DNA from: Escherichia phage E26
Sequence record: MN655998.1
Direction: 5' to 3' (one strand)
Length of the DNA: 64,000 nt
In this document: piece after piece, positions 1 through 7,823 of the stretch
Numbering within the stretch: the first letter of the stretch is position 1
Layout: the number at the start of each line of letters is the position of its first letter
Notes under the pieces: model-generated
What the model saw: only the letters and a program-made list of their open reading frames with translations
Told to the model about the DNA's origin: nothing
Databases searched by the model: none
Position numbers and translations under genes: made by a program

Positions 1-510
1 ACGTGATTCTAATTGGATCATACGGTCGCGCGTTTGCTTATATTCGCGGATAGCACCGATTCGGCTAGGCATACCATCCAGTACGCTCTTAATACCTTCT
101 AGGGTAGTGATTTTAGCAATGCTATTATGCAATCCTGTCTTATCGATCAACTGAATGTCGTAGGCTTCCATAAGCAGACCCAGACGTTCTAAAGTTAGGT
201 CTTCTTCTTTTTCTTCCGATTCTGGAATCTTAGGTTCAATAGTAACTTCGGTAAAGAAACGACGCTCAGCAGCCCAAAACCACACACCGGAACAGCCAAT
301 AGGGGATTCTTTTAACGTCATAGAGTCGAAATCACTACCAATAATAGTAATTTCTCTAACATCACCATCATCGTCAATGTCTTCTACCATAAACGGGCGA
401 CCAGCCAACAAGTCCACAATACATCTGTTAATAGACGACGAAAATTTAGTCAGTTCGGCTTTCGACGCTTCGCATTCAATCTTGTAAGTTTTACCAACTT
501 CCCATTCCAT
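1..510 (-). CDS. hypothetical protein, partial (C-terminus beyond window start)
   Basis: Minus-strand frame open from ATG at 510 to position 1 (checked codon by codon); GGTGA RBS upstream; absent from ORF track because no stop in window. Confidence 0.55.
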   Translation of the reverse strand, partial: MEWEVGKTYKIECEASKAELTKFSSSINRCIVDLLAGRPFMVEDIDDDGDVREITIIGSDFDSMTLKESPIGCSGVWFWAAERRFFTEVTIEPKIPESEEKEEDLTLERLGLLMEAYDIQLIDKTGLHNSIAKITTLEGIKSVLDGMPSRIGAIREYKQTRDRMIQLESR

Positions 511-520
511 AATAATCACC

Positions 521-1024
521 TCAAATAATTTTCACTGGAATACTATTAACAATCTTGTATTGTACTTGATTGTCAGACCCCCGCCACGGCTTCTTCGTTG
601 GCATATCTTTAATATAACGACCATCTATGAACATGTCAACTGATTCTACAATTTTTCTTTGCTCATCATTCAATTGGTCAAGGGTATAACCGGACCATAG
701 CCAAATATCTTTATTTGGCATCCATGATTTTACTTCATCGATGATCCGCTGTACACCCTTTAAATTGCGTTTATACAGCGGATCACCACCTAAGAATGTT
801 AACCCCTGAATAAAATCAGGTCTAAGCAGATCCAGAATCAATCCCATTGTATCATCGGTGAATGGTTCCCCGTTCTTAGGATTGAGTAGGCTAGCATTAA
901 AGCAACCATCACATGCGTGTGAACATCCGGTAACGTAAAGGGAGACTCTCACTCCCTCACCGTTAACCATATCACAATCTTTAATATCGGCATAGCGTAG
1001 TTTGCCGTATGTATCAGAACTCAT
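521..1024 (-). CDS. nrdG: anaerobic ribonucleotide reductase activating protein NrdG (radical SAM)
   Basis: CxxxCxxC cluster (GCSHACDGC) typical of glycyl-radical activases; downstream of nrdD as in T4; ATG at 1024, track start at 1030 is TTG. Confidence 0.88.
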   Translation of the reverse strand: MSSDTYGKLRYADIKDCDMVNGEGVRVSLYVTGCSHACDGCFNASLLNPKNGEPFTDDTMGLILDLLRPDFIQGLTFLGGDPLYKRNLKGVQRIIDEVKSWMPNKDIWLWSGYTLDQLNDEQRKIVESVDMFIDGRYIKDMPTKKPWRGSDNQVQYKIVNSIPVKII

Positions 1025-1166
1025 ATTCAATTACCCCGAACTCGTTTACAATCTGCGCTTTATAGTAACCACCGCGAGATGCTAATAGATAAGCTGGGCT
1101 TAGGTATTCGTATTCACGGATTTCTACTTGTGCGTTTTCAGTTTCCCAAATCAGTAAAGTCCACAT
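1014..1166 (-). CDS. small hypothetical protein (about 50 aa)
   Basis: ATG at 1166 preceded by AGGAGAATCAAA leader shared with other early genes; the longer track ORF would start inside the promoter. Confidence 0.4.
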   Translation of the reverse strand: MWTLLIWETENAQVEIREYEYLSPAYLLASRGGYYKAQIVNEFGVIEYEF

Positions 1167-1208
1167 ATTTGATTCTCCTGTAAAGTTGTATCTCGTCTTG
1201 ATGAATAT

Positions 1209-1237
1209 AGTATAGGGGATCGCGAGATCCCCGTCAA
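1209..1237 (-). promoter_or_regulatory. sigma70-type early promoter (TTGACG-N17-TATACT), palindromic GATC-containing spacer
   Basis: Minus-strand -35 at 1232-1237, -10 at 1209-1214; spacer GGGGATCTCGCGATCCCC is an inverted repeat. Confidence 0.6.
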
Positions 1238-1241
1238 GCAT

Positions 1242-1769
1242 TTATTTTAAATTTTTTCGAATGTATTCAGACCATTCCTTCCCTGTCAGTTCGGTCCCAT
1301 TCTGGAAACTGAAATATTCATACGGCATCGAGTCAAGATAAAACAGGATCATACATCGCGCCATATAATACCAATCACGATTAAAGTAAACTACGTTATC
1401 TCCAGTACCATCAGCACCTTTATCATAACCATCGCGGGTACGGGCGACCCATTGAATGGTATCATTTTTCTCACGGATAGTAACAGGTTCCCAATATCCA
1501 GCACACCCAGCATGACCACACGAACAAGTAAGGAAATATTGACCTTTTGCTTTGTTGTCATCCCATTCACGATGGATTGGTTTGATCTCGTGAAACAGTG
1601 CCAAACAATCATGATTATGCAACACTGGCTTACCATCAATCAATGCATGGAATGTATACAAACGACCCGTAGACAAATAGCTATCCTCACGCTCAACCAG
1701 TTCAATAGCAATCTTTTTAGCTCGTTCTTTGTGTCGTTGTGCTTTACGTTTACGGTTTAATGATTTCAT
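1242..1769 (-). CDS. hypothetical protein
   Basis: ORF with ATG at 1769 and GAGGTGA RBS; track start is GTG two codons upstream. Confidence 0.55.
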   Translation of the reverse strand: MKSLNRKRKAQRHKERAKKIAIELVEREDSYLSTGRLYTFHALIDGKPVLHNHDCLALFHEIKPIHREWDDNKAKGQYFLTCSCGHAGCAGYWEPVTIREKNDTIQWVARTRDGYDKGADGTGDNVVYFNRDWYYMARCMILFYLDSMPYEYFSFQNGTELTGKEWSEYIRKNLK

Positions 1770-1786
1770 AGTCACCTCACATTATT

Positions 1787-2326
1787 TCAAAGATCGCGAT
1801 ATTGTACATTATGAAAATGAGAACTTGCATTACCAATATTGTAGATAACAAATTCTTCATCCGGCGCTTGCGCTACAAATTGAGTATGAGCAACCGCCAC
1901 AACCTTAAAAATACGATCCGTGATCTTGTGTTTAATTTCTGCCCCTACTTCCATAGGAACATATTCATTTGTTTCTGTTTCAGTCGCAAAACAGCCATCT
2001 TCTTCATAAGCACGAACAAATCGGTCGCAATCAGTACGCTTAACAAATTCAAGAGTATATAATTCTCGTGAATTGTCGGTATAGACCAATACAGAATTAT
2101 TATGATAGCGAATCACATACAGGTTATTATCATCGTCAATTACACAAAAGCTACGGATTCCTTCGCCTTGACTCCAGCAGACATTAACCACCGTTCCTCT
2201 AATAAAAAAACTTTCCTTTAAATTAAAACTAGTCAATGTGCTAGCGTGCATTTTAACAACAACACCATCGCCAATTTCCAGTTTACGAAGTTTAACTTCT
2301 TTGCTCAGTACACAAAACATCATCAT
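1787..2326 (-). CDS. hypothetical protein
   Basis: ORF with ATG at 2326 and GAGAGGA RBS, directly downstream of a promoter cassette. Confidence 0.55.
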   Translation of the reverse strand: MMMFCVLSKEVKLRKLEIGDGVVVKMHASTLTSFNLKESFFIRGTVVNVCWSQGEGIRSFCVIDDDNNLYVIRYHNNSVLVYTDNSRELYTLEFVKRTDCDRFVRAYEEDGCFATETETNEYVPMEVGAEIKHKITDRIFKVVAVAHTQFVAQAPDEEFVIYNIGNASSHFHNVQYRDL

Positions 2327-2355
2327 GTTGTCCTCTCGTTGTTTTCGATGTGAGC

Positions 2356-2383
2356 ATTATACATTAGCTAATCAGGTTGTCAA
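2356..2383 (-). promoter_or_regulatory. sigma70-type early promoter (TTGACA-N16-TATAAT)
   Basis: Minus-strand -35 at 2378-2383, -10 at 2356-2361; immediately follows a terminator hairpin (PeSL-like arrangement). Confidence 0.65.
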
Positions 2384-2389
2384 CACCCA

Positions 2390-2420
2390 AAAACGAAAAA
2401 GCCGACCCTTTCGGATCGGC
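2390..2420 (-). terminator. rho-independent terminator after nrdD
   Basis: GC hairpin GCCGATCCGAAAGGGTCGGC followed by U-run on minus strand. Confidence 0.7.
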
Positions 2421-2426
2421 TGAAAA

Positions 2427-4289
2427 TTACATGTGCTTAACGCGGTTTACCATCTCGGAGTGTTTCCCGTGGTTGAATGGACGCAGATCAACAGATCCAA
2501 GATATCCACTAACGCGACGGATAACATTCATCTTTTCCAGATTGTCGTTGCCGCAATCAGGACAAACAAAACCAGACTCGGTCGCTCTCATTTCCTTATT
2601 AGATCCGCATACATGACATACATCAGAAGGAGTATTAACACCGAAGTAGTGCAATTTATCCATTGCATAGTCTACTACAGTTTCAAGACCTTTCAGGTTG
2701 TTTTTCATGTCTGGGAACTCAACATAAGAGATCATGCCACCGGACGCCAGCCAGTGATAATCTTTCTCAAAGTCGATTTTCTCAAATGGTGTGACTTTCC
2801 GGTCTACGTCAAGGTGGAATGAGTTGGTGTACCAGTCTTTATCGGTAGCACCCTTAACAATACCAAATTGCTCTCGATCCAGTCGATTAAATCGATAGCA
2901 AAGGCTCTCGGCTGGCGTACCGTAAAGACTAAACCCAAGTCCGGTTTCATCCTTCCATTTTTCAGTATAATGACGCAAGATCTTAAGAATATGTTTACCG
3001 TATCGCTGCGCATCTTCCGAATCAAACGGATGAACACCAAACAGGACGCTCAATACCTCATGTAAACCAATATATCCAAGAGAGATACTAGCGCGACCAT
3101 CTTTCAACACTTCCAAAATTTCATCGTTTTGATGAATACGGAAAAATGCACCTTCTGTATACAGCACCGGAGCAACATTGGCTTTAGCGCCTTTTAAAGC
3201 GTCTACGCGACTCATGAGCGCATCAAAGCAAATAGGCATACGATTGGCTAGCTCTTGTTCGAATAGCTCAATTCTGCGCATTACAGACGCTTTACCAGCA
3301 CGAAGCGCGGCAATAAGGGCAATACGCGGAAGATTCAGAGTCACAACACCTAAGTTATTACGTCCGTCTAATACTTCTTCGCCTTTCTCATTATGCCACA
3401 CACCCAGGAAGCTACGACAACCCATCGGGCTAACCGGAACACTAGATCCAGTGATGCTACGGTTATTCTTCGCAGAGATATAATCAGGGTAAAGACGCTT
3501 ACTAGAACATTCCAATGCAAGTTGCTTAATGTCGTAGTTCGGATCTTCCGGTTTAAGGTTTAATCCTTCTTCTAAGAACATCACCAGCTTAGGAAACACC
3601 GGAGTTATACCATCTTTACCTAAACCTTTAGTTCGAACTTTCAGGATCGCTTTCTGAATCAGTTTTTCTTCCCAGCTAGTACCCATACCAAAGGTTAAAG
3701 TCACAAAAGGCGTTTGACCGTTGGTGGAGAACAAAGTGTTGATTTCATATTCCAACGCTTGATACCCGTCTAAAGTTTCTTTTTCTGTCTTCTCTTGTGC
3801 ATAGAGAGTATCAGCTTTGATTCCGTAGGTTTCGGCATCAGCAAGGTGTTTATGATATGTTTTCTCAACGTATGGCGCTAAAACCTGATCGATGTTTGCA
3901 ATTGTGGTCCCGCCATATTGATGACTTGCCACCTGTGCGATAATTTGAGCGGTTACAGCACAAGCAACGCCGATTGATTTCGGACTTTCGATTTGTGCGC
4001 TACCCAATTTAAAACCATTCTCTAACATGTCTTTGAGATTAACAAGACAGCAGTTAGTAAACGGCATAGCGGGTGCATAATCCATATCATGATAATGAAT
4101 ATCACCGTCTACATGCGCTTTATAGATGTGCTCAGGTAACACGGTTTTAGCAATCTGTTTAGACACAGCACCAGCAATCAGATCTCGACGTGTCGGGAAT
4201 GTTCGCGCGTCTTTGTTCGCGTTCTCTTTGCTTACTTCGTTTTCTTTACCCGTTGCGATCTCTGTAATGTCTTTGATTAGTTTTTCCAT
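2427..4289 (-). CDS. nrdD: anaerobic ribonucleoside-triphosphate reductase NrdD (glycyl radical enzyme)
   Basis: 620 aa; C-terminal zinc ribbon (CHVCGS...CPDCG) and glycyl radical motif RVSGYLG; ATG at 4289 with AGGTGA RBS. Confidence 0.95.
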   Translation of the reverse strand: MEKLIKDITEIATGKENEVSKENANKDARTFPTRRDLIAGAVSKQIAKTVLPEHIYKAHVDGDIHYHDMDYAPAMPFTNCCLVNLKDMLENGFKLGSAQIESPKSIGVACAVTAQIIAQVASHQYGGTTIANIDQVLAPYVEKTYHKHLADAETYGIKADTLYAQEKTEKETLDGYQALEYEINTLFSTNGQTPFVTLTFGMGTSWEEKLIQKAILKVRTKGLGKDGITPVFPKLVMFLEEGLNLKPEDPNYDIKQLALECSSKRLYPDYISAKNNRSITGSSVPVSPMGCRSFLGVWHNEKGEEVLDGRNNLGVVTLNLPRIALIAALRAGKASVMRRIELFEQELANRMPICFDALMSRVDALKGAKANVAPVLYTEGAFFRIHQNDEILEVLKDGRASISLGYIGLHEVLSVLFGVHPFDSEDAQRYGKHILKILRHYTEKWKDETGLGFSLYGTPAESLCYRFNRLDREQFGIVKGATDKDWYTNSFHLDVDRKVTPFEKIDFEKDYHWLASGGMISYVEFPDMKNNLKGLETVVDYAMDKLHYFGVNTPSDVCHVCGSNKEMRATESGFVCPDCGNDNLEKMNVIRRVSGYLGSVDLRPFNHGKHSEMVNRVKHM

Positions 4290-4301
4290 TGTATCACCTA
4301 T

Positions 4302-4324
4302 GAAAAAGCGGGATTTCTCCCGCT
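4302..4324 (-). other. stem-loop with short U-run immediately upstream of nrdD RBS
   Basis: Inverted repeat AGCGGGA/TCCCGCT at 4307-4324, then TTTTT and RBS on minus strand. Confidence 0.5.
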
Positions 4325-4333
4325 CGTTGATAG

Positions 4334-4828
4334 TTATTTTACCAGTTCTGCTAATTCTTTTTCCGCCGCTTCCAGTTCAGCTTTAAGCTGTTTAATCTCT
4401 TGTCGCTTCTTATTAGCGGCTTCCTGCTTACTATTTCGGATAACCTGATCTAGATACAACTCCCAATCCTGAATATTTTTGATAATGTAGCCGTCAACAT
4501 TAATTGGTCGTAGATTCAGTACAGCTTCCAGTTTAGTCGCAAAAACTTTAATTGCTGGTGTGAAGTATTCATATTCGTTATCTTCAAACCAATAACCTAG
4601 ACTTGCATTATCAATACGAAGACGAAGTTCAAGATCAAGGTCTTTATCTTCGGTGTAAAGATCTTTCACCTGACCCAGCGAACTAACAACAACTTTAAAA
4701 CGAATTTTATCTACACCACCAAACACATCAGTAAGTATACCAGCAATTGAGCTATTAGCGCAAGATTGGTCGCTGAATGCGTCAAGGTTTTCTTTAGTTA
4801 CAGTATACCAAACATCTTGTACCCACAT
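4334..4828 (-). CDS. hypothetical protein
   Basis: ORF with ATG at 4828 and GAGAGGA RBS, behind a promoter cassette. Confidence 0.55.
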   Translation of the reverse strand: MWVQDVWYTVTKENLDAFSDQSCANSSIAGILTDVFGGVDKIRFKVVVSSLGQVKDLYTEDKDLDLELRLRIDNASLGYWFEDNEYEYFTPAIKVFATKLEAVLNLRPINVDGYIIKNIQDWELYLDQVIRNSKQEAANKKRQEIKQLKAELEAAEKELAELVK

Positions 4829-4858
4829 AATATAATCCTCTCGTTGTTAAGTGGGAGT

Positions 4859-4886
4859 ATTATAGCATACTCCCTTCGCATGTCAA
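4859..4886 (-). promoter_or_regulatory. sigma70-type early promoter, -10 inside a hairpin loop
   Basis: TTGACA (4881-4886) N16 TATAAT (4859-4864); GGGAGTA/TACTCCC stem encloses the -10. Confidence 0.6.
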
Positions 4887-6061
4887 GCACTAACTTTTTT
4901 CTTTACTGCTTTCACCTTCTGGCGAATTGCTCGAATCTCTTCGATCTCTTTTTCAGTATCTTTAACAATTTCTTTGCGATTCTGAATATCTTTATCGAGA
5001 TTATCATCAAGTTTAGGCAGCATGTCAATCAAGAACTTTTTAAGGTCTTTCAGGTTGCGAATAACAGTACCTTCACCCATTACCGCCACACCTACACCGT
5101 CCGGCAGATCACCAAACAGTTTAACCAGTTCAGACAGATGATCATGATCTTCTAGTGCTTCTTCCGGTTCAGATGGCAGTTCAACAAAGTTATAACGTTC
5201 ATCATTGCTGATCAAGTGATACCAGCAAAGCCCGAAAGATTTCGGTGTATATTCTACACCATCAATTTCAACCGCGTCAACACTTCCATAATCATCTACT
5301 TTAGTTACCTTAAATCCTTGTCCCAGCTTTTGAACAATTTCAACAACATGACTTGATACAGTTTCAGCGGTAAACCAATATGGCAAATTATGCTGATTTG
5401 GCTTGTAGCGTTCACCTACTTTAAATCTCTGACCATCCGCTTGCATAGAATGAAATTGTTGTTTCGTGATTTCCGCGAAGTATTCAAATTCGCTACCGTC
5501 AAACAAGCAATTCCATTGATCACAAAAACGATCCGCCTTAACAGTTTCACCTTTCGCGGTGATCATGGTAGCTGATCCGTGCAATTCTTCTTCAACTAAA
5601 AAGCCATATTCGACAAAATCAACAAGTTTCATAGCTTCTTTGTGATCTGGATCATGCTCTCCCCAGAATCGCTTAAATTCTTGCAAACCTTCTGGTGTAA
5701 ACGAATAACATTTACCTTTTTCAAAGTAAGTCGGCATTGCATCCTCTTTCTTGTTCATCGCTTCGTATGCCTCTTTTGAGATGCGTTTAAAGTATTTACG
5801 CTCATCGTGCATAATCATAGTAGCCCAATAATAAACGATATCCTCAGCGGAATAAACTACATCTCCAGCTTCAATAGTAATAACATGACCGTTGTCATCT
5901 TTTTCTAATACTTTAAAGCCCTTTTCGACGATTTCAGCAACCCGAATATGACCACGGCGCGAAGCATCGGTCAGAATAATTGAATAGCGAGAAAAGTCTA
6001 GAAACTCATCTTTACCACCTTCACGGAATGCATAGTAATGACCTTCAAAGAATTTAGCCAT
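4883..6061 (-). CDS. hypothetical protein, paralog family A (two copies of a shared domain)
   Basis: 392 aa; shares ERKYFKRIxK and GFKV(L/T) motifs with the next two ORFs; ATG at 6061. Confidence 0.6.
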   Translation of the reverse strand: MAKFFEGHYYAFREGGKDEFLDFSRYSIILTDASRRGHIRVAEIVEKGFKVLEKDDNGHVITIEAGDVVYSAEDIVYYWATMIMHDERKYFKRISKEAYEAMNKKEDAMPTYFEKGKCYSFTPEGLQEFKRFWGEHDPDHKEAMKLVDFVEYGFLVEEELHGSATMITAKGETVKADRFCDQWNCLFDGSEFEYFAEITKQQFHSMQADGQRFKVGERYKPNQHNLPYWFTAETVSSHVVEIVQKLGQGFKVTKVDDYGSVDAVEIDGVEYTPKSFGLCWYHLISNDERYNFVELPSEPEEALEDHDHLSELVKLFGDLPDGVGVAVMGEGTVIRNLKDLKKFLIDMLPKLDDNLDKDIQNRKEIVKDTEKEIEEIRAIRQKVKAVKKKVSA

Positions 6062-6092
6062 AATATAATCCTCTAGTTGTTTAAATGGGAGT

Positions 6093-6121
6093 ATCTTACT
6101 ACTCCCGTTTCATCATGTCAA
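6093..6121 (-). promoter_or_regulatory. sigma70-type early promoter, -10 inside a hairpin loop
   Basis: TTGACA (6116-6121) N17 TAAGAT (6093-6098); GGGAGTA/TACTCCC stem around the -10. Confidence 0.6.
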
Positions 6122-6124
6122 GTG

Positions 6125-6685
6125 TTAAAGTGACTTTTGGATCTCTTTCAGTTCAGCTACTTTATCGGCGCTGAATTTAGCGTAGGTATCATGTCGAATA
6201 ATTTCACTTTCAAGAAAGGTTTCCAGCCGAGATCTATTTTCAATAAGGAACTCTTTCAGGTCTTCCGCGTTCTTGATAAAGATTTTATTGTCAGTAATGT
6301 CATCTTCAATCGCAAAGGAGATAGAGCGAACTTTACCAAACAAGTTAATCAGATCTTCCAGAGATTCTTCTTTCTTAACTGGTTTCATTTCTTCAAACTG
6401 CTTTTTAGTGATGCGTTTAAAGTATTTGCGCTCGCTTGCATCAATCATGATTGACGCACCCTCATAATCATGAGTTTCTACCAAATACACTTTACCCATA
6501 ACATTAACCGTAAGAACTTTAAAGCCCCTGTGAAGCACACCATACAGGAACTTGTTATGTTGTGGATAGCGTTTAACAAATTCCTCTGCGGACTCAGCAT
6601 TACGGAAAGTGTAATAACGACCTCGTTCAAAAACAGCATCATTTGAAGACTTAGCTGGATACAATTTATACGTTTTCTGTACCAT
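6125..6685 (-). CDS. hypothetical protein, paralog family A
   Basis: ATG at 6685 with AGAGGA RBS (track start further upstream lacks RBS); ERKYFKRITK and GFKVL motifs shared with 4883..6061. Confidence 0.55.
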   Translation of the reverse strand: MVQKTYKLYPAKSSNDAVFERGRYYTFRNAESAEEFVKRYPQHNKFLYGVLHRGFKVLTVNVMGKVYLVETHDYEGASIMIDASERKYFKRITKKQFEEMKPVKKEESLEDLINLFGKVRSISFAIEDDITDNKIFIKNAEDLKEFLIENRSRLETFLESEIIRHDTYAKFSADKVAELKEIQKSL

Positions 6686-6699
6686 AATACAATCCTCTA

Positions 6700-6972
6700 T
6701 CATTTCACTAATTGAACAGCACGAAACAGAATGCGGTCACACGGAAGAAGCATAAATTCCCAACGCGGATCAAAGTCTTTAGCGGTATATGTTTTCCCAT
6801 CAACCGAGATTTCACTTACATAACCAATAGGTGACACTTTAAGAACAGTAAATCCATTCTTGATGACTTCGTAGGTATCTTTCAAACCTTCGTAGTCATC
6901 CTCTAAGAAGTCTTTACGTGCTTGCTCAGATTTAAAAACATAGGCAACACCGGATTTAAACATCTTACGCAT
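6700..6972 (-). CDS. hypothetical protein, paralog family A (single domain)
   Basis: 90 aa; GFTVLKV motif resembles N-terminal domain of neighbours; ATG at 6972 with AAGGAG RBS. Confidence 0.5.
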   Translation of the reverse strand: MRKMFKSGVAYVFKSEQARKDFLEDDYEGLKDTYEVIKNGFTVLKVSPIGYVSEISVDGKTYTAKDFDPRWEFMLLPCDRILFRAVQLVK

Positions 6973-7003
6973 TGTTGATTCTCCTTCTTGATTAGATGGG
7001 AGT

Positions 7004-7032
7004 ATTTTACTACTCCCATTTCATGCTGTCAA
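7004..7032 (-). promoter_or_regulatory. sigma70-type early promoter, -10 inside a hairpin loop
   Basis: TTGACA (7027-7032) N17 TAAAAT (7004-7009); GGGAGTA/TACTCCC stem. Confidence 0.6.
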
Positions 7033-7035
7033 CTA

Positions 7036-7509
7036 CTATCTTAATCTTTGTATAAATTGTTTCTTATACTTCTTCGTGATCTCTTCTCTTGTATCAGCGT
7101 CACAATAATCGAAACCTTCTGCGTCCATAATAGCAACCATCTCCGCGCGTGTCAAGCGTGAAAATCGTTTTACTTTATCAACAGCATATTGAGGATGTAA
7201 ATGATTGTTGGTGTAGTCTCCTTTGATGTAATTAACATAGTTTGTCGCCCAAACAACGAAATCAGCACCTAAAGCACCAACACCAAACCGTTTAAAGTCT
7301 CCGGTCAACGATCCTTCTAGGCGGTTGCAACACGAATGAAGCAATCCCCTTACGCGGCCTTGCCCTTTACCATCTAGATCGTGGTCGTGGTCAAGATGGT
7401 TTTTGCTCATATCCTCAAAAAGTGGCAATTGACAAAGGGGGCAAATGCCCCCCTGTTTTTCGAATAGTTCTTGTTTGTACTCTTTAGCACTCTTAGCAGT
7501 CAGTAACAT
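7036..7509 (-). CDS. 49: endonuclease VII (Holliday junction resolvase, T4 gp49-like)
   Basis: Cys-rich zinc motif and HLDHDH motif recalled from T4 endonuclease VII; ATG at 7509 with GGAGGG RBS (track start is TTG). Confidence 0.85.
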   Translation of the reverse strand: MLLTAKSAKEYKQELFEKQGGICPLCQLPLFEDMSKNHLDHDHDLDGKGQGRVRGLLHSCCNRLEGSLTGDFKRFGVGALGADFVVWATNYVNYIKGDYTNNHLHPQYAVDKVKRFSRLTRAEMVAIMDAEGFDYCDADTREEITKKYKKQFIQRLR

Positions 7510-7533
7510 AAATTCACCCTCCAAAGAAGGTAT

Positions 7534-7815
7534 TTAACCATGAATCTTGTTTTTGACTACAAAGGATCGGAACTCATCAAAGCCACCAATATAATCACCA
7601 TCATAGAAAATCTGCGGCATGGTGGCAATAACTTCTACCCCTGCGCGATCCTGAATATCGGCAATGATAGAATCAATCTTTACGGGGCGACCGTTTTCGT
7701 CAACACCATCATTAACCGGAATGTAGATGTAAGGGATCTTACGCGATTCACAAAGGCGCTTTGCATTCTGGCAATACTTACAGTTGTAACCTTCAAAACC
7801 AAAAATTTCTACCAT
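7534..7815 (-). CDS. nrdC: glutaredoxin/thioredoxin NrdC
   Basis: CxxC active site (CKYC) near N-terminus and MPQ(I/V)F...GG motif as in T4 thioredoxin; ATG at 7815. Confidence 0.8.
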   Translation of the reverse strand: MVEIFGFEGYNCKYCQNAKRLCESRKIPYIYIPVNDGVDENGRPVKIDSIIADIQDRAGVEVIATMPQIFYDGDYIGGFDEFRSFVVKNKIHG

Positions 7816-7823
7816 ATTATACC

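Noticed and set aside
1014-1241. 75-aa version of the small ORF upstream of nrdG
   Set aside because: Its first 25 codons run through the -10, spacer and -35 of the promoter at 1209-1237; the ATG at 1166 behind the conserved leader is the plausible start.
1391-4386. Multiple plus-strand ORFs of 60-130 aa overlapping nrdD and neighbouring minus-strand genes
   Set aside because: No RBS or promoter, contained within longer minus-strand genes with recognisable products; the same applies to most plus-strand ORFs between 4.7 and 28.5 kb and minus-strand ORFs inside the late module.
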